From Armatimonadia bacterium (GTDB lineage Bacteria; Armatimonadota; Zipacnadia; Zipacnadales; UBA11051), in NCBI GenBank assembly GCA_039683575.1, contig JBDKRC010000245.1, positions 1 to 64,000 on the forward strand: a stretch of DNA of 64,000 nucleotides, written 5' to 3'. Below, one piece after another: positions 55,772 to 64,000 of this stretch. The position numbers and the translations under genes were made by a program. The stretch's first letter is position 1, and each line of letters opens with the position of its first letter. A model generated the notes under the pieces. It had not been told where the DNA came from and searched no databases. It saw only the letters and a program-made list of their open reading frames with translations.

Positions 55772-56781
55772 GTAGCGAGCATCTTGACGTAGCCGTACTC
55801 GGTACAGGCGCCTGGGGCACCACCCTTGCCTGCCTTCTGGCCAGAAACGGGCATCCCGTCCGTTTGTGGGCGCGTCGGCCTGATTTTGCGCAGCAGCTCG
55901 CACGGGACCGTGAGAACCGGCAGTATCTTCCCGGCGCCATCTTCCCTGCTGACTTGCGGGTATTCGATGACCTTGCCGCGGCCCTGGCCGGTGTCTCCAC
56001 CGTCATCATGGCAGCCCCCTCGCATGGCCTGCGTGACATCGCCGGCCAGGCCCTGCCACACCTCTGCACCCGCCCACTTCTCATCTGCGCCACCAAAGGC
56101 CTCGAGCAGCCCCACGGTACGCGCATGAGTGAGGTCCTGGTTCAAGTGCTGAGCTCCAAGCAGCCGCGCCTCGTTGCACTCTCCGGCCCCAACCTCTCCG
56201 CCGAGATCATCGCCGGAGAACCTGCAGTCAGCGTAGCCGCTTCCGCGGACCACGAGGCTGCTTTGGAAGCCCAGAGGCTGCTGTCAAATCCCCACTTTCG
56301 TGTTTACACCAATTCTGATATAATAGGCGTCGAATTATGTGGGGCGATGAAGAACACCATCGCCATCGGGGCTGGTATCAGCGACGGCCTCGGCTACGGT
56401 AACAATGCCAAAGCAGCGCTGATTACCCGTGGCATGGCTGAGATCAGTCGCCTGGGCCTGCAGTTGGGAGCCCGCGCTGCCACCTTCGCCGGCATCGCCG
56501 GCATCGGTGACCTTATCGCAACCTGCCACAGTCCCCATAGCCGCAATTGGACAGTGGGCTACCGGCTCGGCCAGGGCGAGAAGCCCGGCCAGATAACCGG
56601 CAGCATGCGCAGTGTCGCCGAGGGCATCTTCACCACCGCTGCCGCTCGTGACAAGGCCCGGCAGGTAGGTGTTGAGGTCCCCATCACCGAAACTGTCTAT
56701 CAGGTGCTGCAGGAACGGCTCGCTCCTGCCGACGGTGTCAACTCACTCATGACGCGCAAATGGCGCGCTGAAGATGAATGA
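55768..56781 (+). CDS. gpsA: NAD(P)H-dependent glycerol-3-phosphate dehydrogenase
   Basis: GTGAWGT, TKGLE, LSGPNL, GAMKN, GDLIATC, SRN, AEG. Confidence 0.95.
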   Translation: MSSEHLDVAVLGTGAWGTTLACLLARNGHPVRLWARRPDFAQQLARDRENRQYLPGAIFPADLRVFDDLAAALAGVSTVIMAAPSHGLRDIAGQALPHLCTRPLLICATKGLEQPHGTRMSEVLVQVLSSKQPRLVALSGPNLSAEIIAGEPAVSVAASADHEAALEAQRLLSNPHFRVYTNSDIIGVELCGAMKNTIAIGAGISDGLGYGNNAKAALITRGMAEISRLGLQLGARAATFAGIAGIGDLIATCHSPHSRNWTVGYRLGQGEKPGQITGSMRSVAEGIFTTAAARDKARQVGVEVPITETVYQVLQERLAPADGVNSLMTRKWRAEDE

Positions 56782-56884
56782 CACGGCCGATGAAGGTGAG
56801 GATGCCGCACGCGTCGAATGGCCGCCTCATACGAGTTGTACCAGCCGGGTGTGATGAACACCCAATCACTCGGGAGGGTCTCCG

Positions 56885-57169
56885 ATGGCGGCAATAATGG
56901 GCAAGTCCGATCTGGTAGACATGGTCGCTGAAAAGACCGGCCTCTCAAAGAAAGACTCAGCAGCAGCTTTGGACGCCGCAATCGCCGGCGTCATCTCCTC
57001 GCTCAAGCGCGGAGACAAGGTGCAGTTGACAGGCTTTGGCTCGTTCGAAGTGCGTGAGCGCAAGGCTCGCAAGGGCAAGAACCTCCGCACCAACGAGACG
57101 ATTGACATCACGGCCAGCAAGGTACCAGCCTTCAAAGCCGGCAAAGGGTTCAAGGACGCCGTCAAATAA
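56885..57169 (+). CDS. hup: DNA-binding protein HU
   Basis: [36 protein letters not shown]. Confidence 0.95.
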   Translation: MAAIMGKSDLVDMVAEKTGLSKKDSAAALDAAIAGVISSLKRGDKVQLTGFGSFEVRERKARKGKNLRTNETIDITASKVPAFKAGKGFKDAVK

Positions 57170-57265
57170 CCAATATGTAGGCTCTGGGAACAGATCCTTC
57201 CCCCGCAGCGTTTCACATGCTGTACGCTGTTCGGATCACGGTTGCCCAGTAGCCGGAACCAATGT

Positions 57266-57343
57266 CGGGGCGTGGCGCAGTTTGGTTAGCGCGTTGGTCT
57301 GGGGGACCAAAGGTCGCTGGTTCGAGTCCAGTCGCCCCGACCA
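57266..57343 (+). tRNA. tRNA-Pro (GGG)
   Basis: Acceptor CGGGGCG/CGCCCCG-ACCA; anticodon arm TTGGT-CT-GGG-GG-ACCAA; T arm GGTTCGAGTCC; encoded CCA. Confidence 0.96.
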
Positions 57344-57357
57344 CAGTCTTCTCCCCT

Positions 57358-57396
57358 CGTTACGCCCAGGTCATCTGTCCTGGGCGTAACGTCTTT
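57358..57396 (+). terminator. Terminator after the tRNA
   Basis: CGTTACGCCCAGG-N8-CCTGGGCGTAACG then TCTTT. Confidence 0.7.
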
Positions 57397-57421
57397 GCGT
57401 CCAACCCCTACAGGAGCCACC

Positions 57422-58675
57422 ATGTCCTCAACTGACCTGTTCAATCTCACCTACGACCGCTACAACCGTCACGTCAATCCCGGTATCGCCACTATCGTCA
57501 AGTTCATGGGCTTTGAGACCGTCGAGTGGACTGCCGAGGGCTGCTACGTGTACGGGCCCGAGGGCGAGAAGTATCTCGATTGTCTCGGTGGCCCCGGCGT
57601 CTTCACCTTCGGCCACCGTCACCCGAAGATAGTCGCAGCCGTCAAGCACCAACTCGACGAAATGCCCCTGTCCTCTCACCTCCTCCTGGACCCGGTGCTC
57701 GCCGAGGCAGCCGAAGCAGTGGCGGAGATCACCCCCGGCGACCTCAACTACGTCTTCTTCTGCAACTCCGGCGCTGAAGCCATCGAGGGCGCCCTCAAGA
57801 TCGCTCGCATGCACACCGCCCGACCCCACTTCGTCTGTGCCCAGGGAGCGTTCCATGGCAAGACCTTCGGAGCCCTGAGCGCCTCCGGTCGCGATGTCTA
57901 CAAGACCCCGTTTCAGCCTCTGCTCGAGGGCTTCAGCCATGTGCCCTTCGGCGATGCCGAGGCCATTCGGGCCGCGGTAACGGACAAGACGGCGGCTGTC
58001 CTCCTTGAGCCCGTGCAGTGCGAGGCTGGCATCATCGTTCCACCGCCTGGTTACCTGCGCGAGGTCCGTGAGATCTGCGACCAGGCCGGAGCGCTACTCA
58101 TCCTGGACGAGATTCAGACCGGCTTCGGTCGTACCGGTAAGCTCTGGGCCTGCGATCATGACGGCGTCACTCCCGACATGATGACGCTCGGAAAGGCCCT
58201 CGGCGGCGGGGTCATGCCAGTCGGTGCCTTCGTCGCGCGGCCTGAGATCTGGAAGGTGTTCCACGACAACCCCTATATCCATACCTCGACCTTCGGGGGC
58301 AATCCCCTCGCCTGCCGCGCTGCGTTGGCGGCCATCGAGGTCCTCCGTGAACAGAACACGGTGCAGCTCTGCGCTGACCGGGGGGCCGAGCTATTGGCAG
58401 GTATCACGGGCGTCGCCGCCGAATTCCCACAATTGATCCAGGAAGTCCGTGGACAGGGCCTGCTGGTCGGGGCGCAGTTTGCTGACGCCGACATTGGCAA
58501 CATGGTAATCGCGGGACTCGCTCAGCAGCATATTCTGACTGCCTTCTCGCTCAACCGGCCCGAGGTGATACGCTTGGAGCCGCCCGCAGTCATCACCTCC
58601 GACGAGATAAGCACAGTGGTGGCGGCCTTCCGCCAAGCCGTGGCTGAGTCAGGCCAACTGCTGTCCCTACTCTAA
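57422..58675 (+). CDS. Class III PLP aminotransferase (putrescine/acetylornithine aminotransferase-like)
   Basis: LDCLGG, NSGAEA, FHGKT, DEIQTGFGRTG, GKALGGG, HTSTFGGNPLAC. Confidence 0.9.
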   Translation: MSSTDLFNLTYDRYNRHVNPGIATIVKFMGFETVEWTAEGCYVYGPEGEKYLDCLGGPGVFTFGHRHPKIVAAVKHQLDEMPLSSHLLLDPVLAEAAEAVAEITPGDLNYVFFCNSGAEAIEGALKIARMHTARPHFVCAQGAFHGKTFGALSASGRDVYKTPFQPLLEGFSHVPFGDAEAIRAAVTDKTAAVLLEPVQCEAGIIVPPPGYLREVREICDQAGALLILDEIQTGFGRTGKLWACDHDGVTPDMMTLGKALGGGVMPVGAFVARPEIWKVFHDNPYIHTSTFGGNPLACRAALAAIEVLREQNTVQLCADRGAELLAGITGVAAEFPQLIQEVRGQGLLVGAQFADADIGNMVIAGLAQQHILTAFSLNRPEVIRLEPPAVITSDEISTVVAAFRQAVAESGQLLSLL

Positions 58676-58696
58676 GCTCTTTCGCGAAGAAACAGC

Positions 58697-59758
58697 ATGA
58701 CACGACGTCTGTACACAATCGCCGTTCTGCTTCTCGTCATTGCCGCCCTCACGGGATGCGGACGCAAGTCCCGACCGCCTGCCGCCAGCCAGGCCCCCAG
58801 ACCGCTTTCCAGTCGCATTGTCCGGGTCCTGTGCTATCATGATCTCGTGACCAGTGGCGGCGGCTTCTATGACACGCCCGTTGCAGCGTTCCAGGCACAA
58901 CTTAAGGCACTCAGAGCTGGCGGCTTTCAGACCATATCCTGCCAGCAACTCTCGGATTACCTGGCCAACATTCGGGATATCCCGAGCAAATCGGTCATCA
59001 TCACCTTCGACGATGGCCGTTCCAGTGTCCTGACCATGGCCAAGCCGCTGCTGGACAAGCACGGGTATACCGCCACACTCTTCCTGATCACCGGCAGCGT
59101 TGGAAAGAAGGGGAACCTGACCTGGGAGCAACTCAAGCAGCTCGCTGCTGCTGGATACGAGATGGGCTCCCACACCGTCTCACACCTCAACCTCACCAAA
59201 CGCGGTAGCACCAGCCCTCAGGTACATCAGGACCGCGTGCGGGAGGAACTGGCGAACTCATTCTCAACTCTGCAGGCCAAGCTCGGCAGGCCGCCTGTCG
59301 CCCTGGCCTATCCGTTCGGAAACTACGACACCTTCACCATGCGCGCGGCCAAGGATGCCGGCTACCAACTGGCCTTCAGTATCGATCCGGGCGCCGTTGA
59401 CAATCAGAGCGACGTCTGGCGCCTGCCGCGCCGGATGGTCGTCAAGGGCCTCTTGCCCGATACCTTTGAGCGTGCCCTCGCTACGGAGCCTTTGCACCTG
59501 ACGGAGGTAGAGCCCGCCGTGGGCCTGCATGTTGGTGCAAAGACTGTAAAGCTCAGTGCAGCACTGCGGGATGAGACCGCCATGACGGGTCTGCAGGCGG
59601 AAGTCGGCGCCCGCTCGAAGCTGCAGCTTGACCAGAATGCCGGGCGGTTCACCATAACCGCCACCTTGCGGCCCGGCGCCAACCTCGTGCGCCTCTGGTC
59701 ACCGGGGCCTCCCTGGCGTGAGACCGGCTGGATAATCGTCTCAGACCCGACCCAGTAA
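58697..59758 (+). CDS. Polysaccharide deacetylase (CE4, IcaB/PgaB-like) lipoprotein
   Basis: Lipobox LTGC; LCYH, TFDDG, GSHTVSH, AYPFG. Confidence 0.88.
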   Translation: MTRRLYTIAVLLLVIAALTGCGRKSRPPAASQAPRPLSSRIVRVLCYHDLVTSGGGFYDTPVAAFQAQLKALRAGGFQTISCQQLSDYLANIRDIPSKSVIITFDDGRSSVLTMAKPLLDKHGYTATLFLITGSVGKKGNLTWEQLKQLAAAGYEMGSHTVSHLNLTKRGSTSPQVHQDRVREELANSFSTLQAKLGRPPVALAYPFGNYDTFTMRAAKDAGYQLAFSIDPGAVDNQSDVWRLPRRMVVKGLLPDTFERALATEPLHLTEVEPAVGLHVGAKTVKLSAALRDETAMTGLQAEVGARSKLQLDQNAGRFTITATLRPGANLVRLWSPGPPWRETGWIIVSDPTQ

Positions 59759-59806
59759 CGAGACGCAAATCCTGCGCACGGGGCTACTTGCCCACACACT
59801 GCACTC

Positions 59807-61945
59807 ATGGCACACGATCCCCCACCACTCATCTCACGGGAAGCCCCCCGCAGCCGCCGGCGCCGCCGTCGGTCGCAGCAACAGTCCAGCTGTTGCTGCT
59901 GCTCCATTGTTGCTTTCTCGCTCCTCGCAGTCCTGATCGCCTGGCGGGGGCCCATCTTCTCCGTTTTCCACCGCTCACGGACGCAGGACAATGTCGCCGC
60001 CGCTTCATTCCCGCTCGAACTGCAGACGGACGCGCCGCAGTATCTGCGCTACAACCTGGTCCACCTCGTTGCCAAAGTCGTAGACCCACAGGGTCGCCCC
60101 ACGACCATTGCGGCCCCTCCAGAAGTGGTCGTCCGGCTAGATGGGGAGATTGTCACCACCGTCGGCAATATCGAGCGCCTGAAGCTGCGTTTCGACCGCG
60201 CCACCCAAACCTATCACGCCTATTGGCCAGTGCCCTGGAATGCGAAGCCCGGCAATTACACCGCCGAGGCTTCCATCGCCATCGCTGACGCCAACCCCTG
60301 GGTATGGGAGACCCCCGATCAGCGCAAGAAACGCGAGGAAGAGGAGAGACGGGAGCGGCGCCGCGGCCGGAAGATTGAGGAGGAAAAGCTCGCAGGTAAG
60401 ACGACCTGTACCGCTCGCGCCCGCTTCACCGTCAACGCCCGCCCGCGGGCTGCGATTCCTCCAGGCACCTGCATCGCCACCTGGGAGCCGAACTTCAAGC
60501 CCGATGGGATCCCTCGGCCTGATGGCCGCCTTGGGGATTGGCGCGCCATGTTTGACTGGTGCGAGTACATTGGTGCGGACACCTTCTGGATGCGTGGCGC
60601 GGTCACCGAGGTCCCGCGTGGGCTGAGCCTCACCGACGAGATGCCCTTCAATCCGTACCCCATCCAGCCCTTGGCACAGGTCGCCGCCGAGGCCCACCAT
60701 CGCGGTCTCCGTTTTGGGACCTGGGCCGCCGCGTACGCCACATACCCACTGACCAACGAACGTAAGCCGAAGTACCGCTGGGCTCAGGACATCTCCCGTG
60801 GCACGGGCGCCACCAAAGATCTCGACTTCGTCTCGCTGCTAGAGCCCAAGCGCATCAGCGACATTGCAGGTTTCTTTAGCCAGATGCAGGCGCTCCCCAA
60901 CGTAGACTACCTCGGCCTCGATTACATGCGCAGCGACCGCGGCGGCTACGAGATGGTGGACCAGTTCACGAATGAGATGCCTCTGAAGCTACCCGAGGGT
61001 TTCCAGGGCTGGAGCCAGCGCAAGCGTTGGAGCTACGTAGCGCAAAAAGTGGAGAGCGACTGGCAGAAGGACCCTTACTTCTACGATAGTTGGAACTGGT
61101 GGCGCGCCCATCGCGGTGCAGAGAACCTGCAGAGCATCATCAACACAGGGCAGATCAAAAAGCCGATCTGGATCTTTGTCCTCAGTTGGTGGCATGGCAA
61201 GCAACACGGCCAGGATCCCATCATGTTCAATGATGGCGGCGCCAGCCTGCTCGCGCCCATGCTATACCAGGTCCCCAACCGCGCCCATTTTGACTCGATG
61301 GTCGAAGACTGGAACGAATACGTGAACGCCGGTCAGGTCAACCTGGCCCCGGGAGATCAGGTAGACTTCAAGTGGCACCAGCGTACGCTGCAGCCGGCCG
61401 CCCCTGAGGAACTCTATGACCGCATGGTCACAGCTCACCGCAAGTACGAGCGAGGGGGCTTGACTGTCGGCTCCTTCTGGCACGACATCAGTCGCGCCGC
61501 CGAGTGGGGCAACCGCGGACCCTATCCCGGCAGTGAATGGGCCTTGGCCGGCGGGGCGGCTTTCAGCACCGTCCGCACCGATTGGCAGGTCTACCCGCTA
61601 ACGGCCACCCTCGACGGCCCCACAAACGCCGCTATCGGTGGCACGGCGCAACTGAACCTGACGCTAAACAACATCGCGCAGCGTGCAGTCAAGCGCATCG
61701 AGGTTACCATTGAGAAGACCAGCGGTATCGAACCCGTCGGCGGCACCCGCTTCACCCGCTCAGTCGGCGCCGGTGAGACGCTCACCATCCCGATCACGGT
61801 CCGGCTCAAGGGCCGCAATCCCGCCCGCGCCAACCGCTTCATGGTAGCGGCCCGCGCCACCTGGCCCGATGAAGACTATGGGAAGAAAGTCCGCCGCGAT
61901 TTGCCTCGCGTCCTTATCACGATGAAATACGTCCAGGGCCGCTGA
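59807..61945 (+). CDS. Membrane-anchored protein with Ig-like, putative GH-like TIM-barrel and C-terminal NEW3-like domains
   Basis: N-terminal basic stretch plus TM; GLDYMRS and APMLYQ resemble GHL10-type barrels; beta-sandwich C-terminus. Confidence 0.55.
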   Translation: MAHDPPPLISREAPRSRRRRRRSQQQSSCCCCSIVAFSLLAVLIAWRGPIFSVFHRSRTQDNVAAASFPLELQTDAPQYLRYNLVHLVAKVVDPQGRPTTIAAPPEVVVRLDGEIVTTVGNIERLKLRFDRATQTYHAYWPVPWNAKPGNYTAEASIAIADANPWVWETPDQRKKREEEERRERRRGRKIEEEKLAGKTTCTARARFTVNARPRAAIPPGTCIATWEPNFKPDGIPRPDGRLGDWRAMFDWCEYIGADTFWMRGAVTEVPRGLSLTDEMPFNPYPIQPLAQVAAEAHHRGLRFGTWAAAYATYPLTNERKPKYRWAQDISRGTGATKDLDFVSLLEPKRISDIAGFFSQMQALPNVDYLGLDYMRSDRGGYEMVDQFTNEMPLKLPEGFQGWSQRKRWSYVAQKVESDWQKDPYFYDSWNWWRAHRGAENLQSIINTGQIKKPIWIFVLSWWHGKQHGQDPIMFNDGGASLLAPMLYQVPNRAHFDSMVEDWNEYVNAGQVNLAPGDQVDFKWHQRTLQPAAPEELYDRMVTAHRKYERGGLTVGSFWHDISRAAEWGNRGPYPGSEWALAGGAAFSTVRTDWQVYPLTATLDGPTNAAIGGTAQLNLTLNNIAQRAVKRIEVTIEKTSGIEPVGGTRFTRSVGAGETLTIPITVRLKGRNPARANRFMVAARATWPDEDYGKKVRRDLPRVLITMKYVQGR

Positions 61946-62030
61946 CACCTTCCGCAGCAATGGTAGGAGCGCTCCCCGTGCGGCTGACGCAGTCGCCGCG
62001 CGATCTTCCGGTTCCTAATCTGGAGACATC

Positions 62031-62840
62031 ATGAGACTGTCCATACTCTCCGACGAAATCTCCGTAGACCCCGTAGCCGCCTGCGAGTTGGCTGCAGACT
62101 GGGGCCTCAAATACCTCGAATTCCGCCTCTGGATGCAGTTCCGCGGACCCAACGGCATGAGCGACCAGGACATGCAACGCACCCGCAAAGCTGCCGATGA
62201 CTATGGTATCAGCTTCCCGTCGATCTCCCCCGGCCTCTTCAAGCTCAAGCTTGACGATCCCGCCTACGCCGATCACTGCGGCGCCTTCCAGGACCGCTGC
62301 TATGACCTCGCCGAGGCTCTCGGCGCCAAGATCGTCGTGCTCTTCCCTCCGCTATGCGTCAGCTACGACGAGTGGTATGACTGGCCGGTCCGGGTCGTGG
62401 ATGACATCCGTGCCGCTGCCGAACGCGCCGCCGCTCGTGGGCTCACCCTGGCCCTCGAAAATGAGCCCGCCTGCTATGCTGGCAGTGGTCAGGCTCTGGC
62501 GAAGCTCGTCGCCGAGATCAACCATCCGAACCTGCGCGCCAACTGGGATCCCGGCAACCACACCAACGCGACCGGCGAAGACTTCCGCGCCGGATATGAG
62601 GCGCTCCGTCCCTACCACCTTCACACCCACCTTAAGGACTACCGCTCTGGCGAGCGCATGGCCGTTCCTCCGGGAGAGGGCGATGTAGACTGGCCGGGTC
62701 AACTCCAGGCCCTCAAAGCCGATGCCTACGACGGCCTCCTCGTTCTTGAAACCCACTTCGTCCCCAAGATCGCGGGCAGCAAGCGTTGTGTTGACGCCGT
62801 GCGCCGGATGCTGGCGGATCTCGGCGAGGAGGCGGAGTAG
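62031..62840 (+). CDS. Sugar phosphate isomerase/epimerase (AP_endonuc_2)
   Basis: SDEIS, LALENE, NWDPGN, HTHLKD, GEGDVDW, LETH. Confidence 0.88.
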   Translation: MRLSILSDEISVDPVAACELAADWGLKYLEFRLWMQFRGPNGMSDQDMQRTRKAADDYGISFPSISPGLFKLKLDDPAYADHCGAFQDRCYDLAEALGAKIVVLFPPLCVSYDEWYDWPVRVVDDIRAAAERAAARGLTLALENEPACYAGSGQALAKLVAEINHPNLRANWDPGNHTNATGEDFRAGYEALRPYHLHTHLKDYRSGERMAVPPGEGDVDWPGQLQALKADAYDGLLVLETHFVPKIAGSKRCVDAVRRMLADLGEEAE

Positions 62841-63614
62841 TTGCCCGACCAGTCCAGCCCCACCCGCCCCGGCCACGGAGAATTCGACGGCGTCGCCGCC
62901 CACTATGACCACCTCATGCGCCTCGTTCCCTATCGGGGCTGGGTGGACTATATCGAGAGCATCCTGCAGCGCTGGAAAGTCTCTCCCCATCGTGTGCTTG
63001 ACCTCGCCTGCGGCACCGGACGCATCGGCAGCGAGATGAGGCGCCGCGGCTACGACGCCTTAGGTGCGGATCTCTCGGAGCCGATGGTGCGCGAATGTCG
63101 CAGGCAGGACCCGCCCCTTCCCGGCATAGTCTCCGACGCCCGTGCCCTGGCCTTCGCGGACGGCAGCTTCGACCTCATAGTCTGCCTCTACGACAGCCTC
63201 AACTACATCCTTGAACTCGAAGGATTGGCCTCTGCCATTGCCGAAGCATACAGAATCCTGCGCCCCGGTGGTCTCTTCATCTTCGATCTCAACACCACCC
63301 GCGCGCTCTCCACTGACATGTTCAGTCAAAGCGACTTGAGCGGGCGCGACCCACTCCGCTATGACTGGCACGCCCACTGGGACTGCAAGTCCAAAATCTG
63401 CCGCGTCGAGATGTGGTTCGGCTACCAGGATGAGACTGGTGAGCATGAGTTCCTCGAAACGCATTACCAGCGCGCCTACACCTTCCAGGAAGTCACCGGC
63501 TCGCTCAAAAAAGTCGGCTTCCGTCGCTACAAAACCTACGACGCCTACCGCTTCAGCCCCCTGACGCCCTGGAGCGACCGCGCCTTCTACGTCGCCCAAA
63601 GGAGTGACTCCTGA
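62841..63614 (+). CDS. Class I SAM-dependent methyltransferase
   Basis: VLDLACGTG, DLSEPM, YDSLNY, LRPGGLFIFD. Confidence 0.9.
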   Translation: MPDQSSPTRPGHGEFDGVAAHYDHLMRLVPYRGWVDYIESILQRWKVSPHRVLDLACGTGRIGSEMRRRGYDALGADLSEPMVRECRRQDPPLPGIVSDARALAFADGSFDLIVCLYDSLNYILELEGLASAIAEAYRILRPGGLFIFDLNTTRALSTDMFSQSDLSGRDPLRYDWHAHWDCKSKICRVEMWFGYQDETGEHEFLETHYQRAYTFQEVTGSLKKVGFRRYKTYDAYRFSPLTPWSDRAFYVAQRSDS

Positions 63615-64000
63615 TGAAACGCCTCGCCCCCCTGATGATCCTCATCCTCGCCTTGTCCCTTCTCGCTGGCTGTGGCGGTGGCAAACCCAAATCCGCCCGT
63701 GCTGTAGCTGACTCCTACCTGTCCTATATGAAAAGCGGCAAGTACCTCGAGGCCGCCAAGCTCTGGGACTACGAAACCGACGCGCGCAAGCAAAACGAGG
63801 ACTGGGACAGCATAGTCGAGAGTCAGCGCACGCTCATCATCGACAAGCTTGCCGAGGAAAAAGCCGCGAGCCTGAAGATGTGGGAAGGTTACTTCCCGCC
63901 CGCAACCAAGATCACCGAGTTCAACGAAACCGGCGACTCTGCCCATGCCGCCCTCGACGGCGGCCGCGTGTCCGGTCTTGACCTCAAGCTTGTCAGCGAA
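63614..64000 (+). CDS. Lipoprotein, truncated by the window edge
   Basis: Translated by hand: MKRLAPLMILILALSLLAGC lipobox; TGATG overlap with the upstream stop; frame open to the end. Confidence 0.75.
   Translation, partial: MKRLAPLMILILALSLLAGCGGGKPKSARAVADSYLSYMKSGKYLEAAKLWDYETDARKQNEDWDSIVESQRTLIIDKLAEEKAASLKMWEGYFPPATKITEFNETGDSAHAALDGGRVSGLDLKLVSE

Noticed and set aside
57266-57343. tRNA-Pro as the attachment site of an integrated element
   Set aside because: No integrase, and no duplicate of the tRNA 3' end was noticed in the window

Overview
Chromosomal DNA of a GC-rich diderm bacterium. It is most likely Armatimonadota, inferred from an '[11 protein letters not shown]' prepilin-like DUF1559 protein, TolC, a Gram-positive-type LexA box and a Firmicutes-like der-plsY-gpsA gene order. 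About 56 CDS and one tRNA-Pro(GGG) are supported; no CRISPR array, IS element, prophage or rRNA was seen. The window holds a glycan/sugar catabolic cluster (1-16.2 kb); mtaB, rpmB and argS; an apgM operon with three uncharacterised genes; and an AbrB-TolC-MFP-RND-PII-like efflux operon. It continues with thiL and an orphan response regulator, then rpmH-rnpA-yidD-yidC-jag without dnaA or mnmE. After that come a LexA-boxed DUF6504-dnaE2 cassette, yraN, leuCD, der-plsY-gpsA, HU and envelope/sugar genes. The most interesting stretch is 47.2-51.2 kb: a minimal SOS mutagenesis cassette with a free-standing ImuB-C-like protein and no imuA/imuB in the window, a second palindromic operator, and a divergent ~130-nt structured small RNA candidate. 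Other highlights are a switch-like structured leader on the response regulator, a probable CTG start for plsY, a circularly permuted CBM, a catalytically dead CE7-like esterase, and a G>C to C>G skew inversion across the window. All family calls come from motif recognition by eye; no searches were run.
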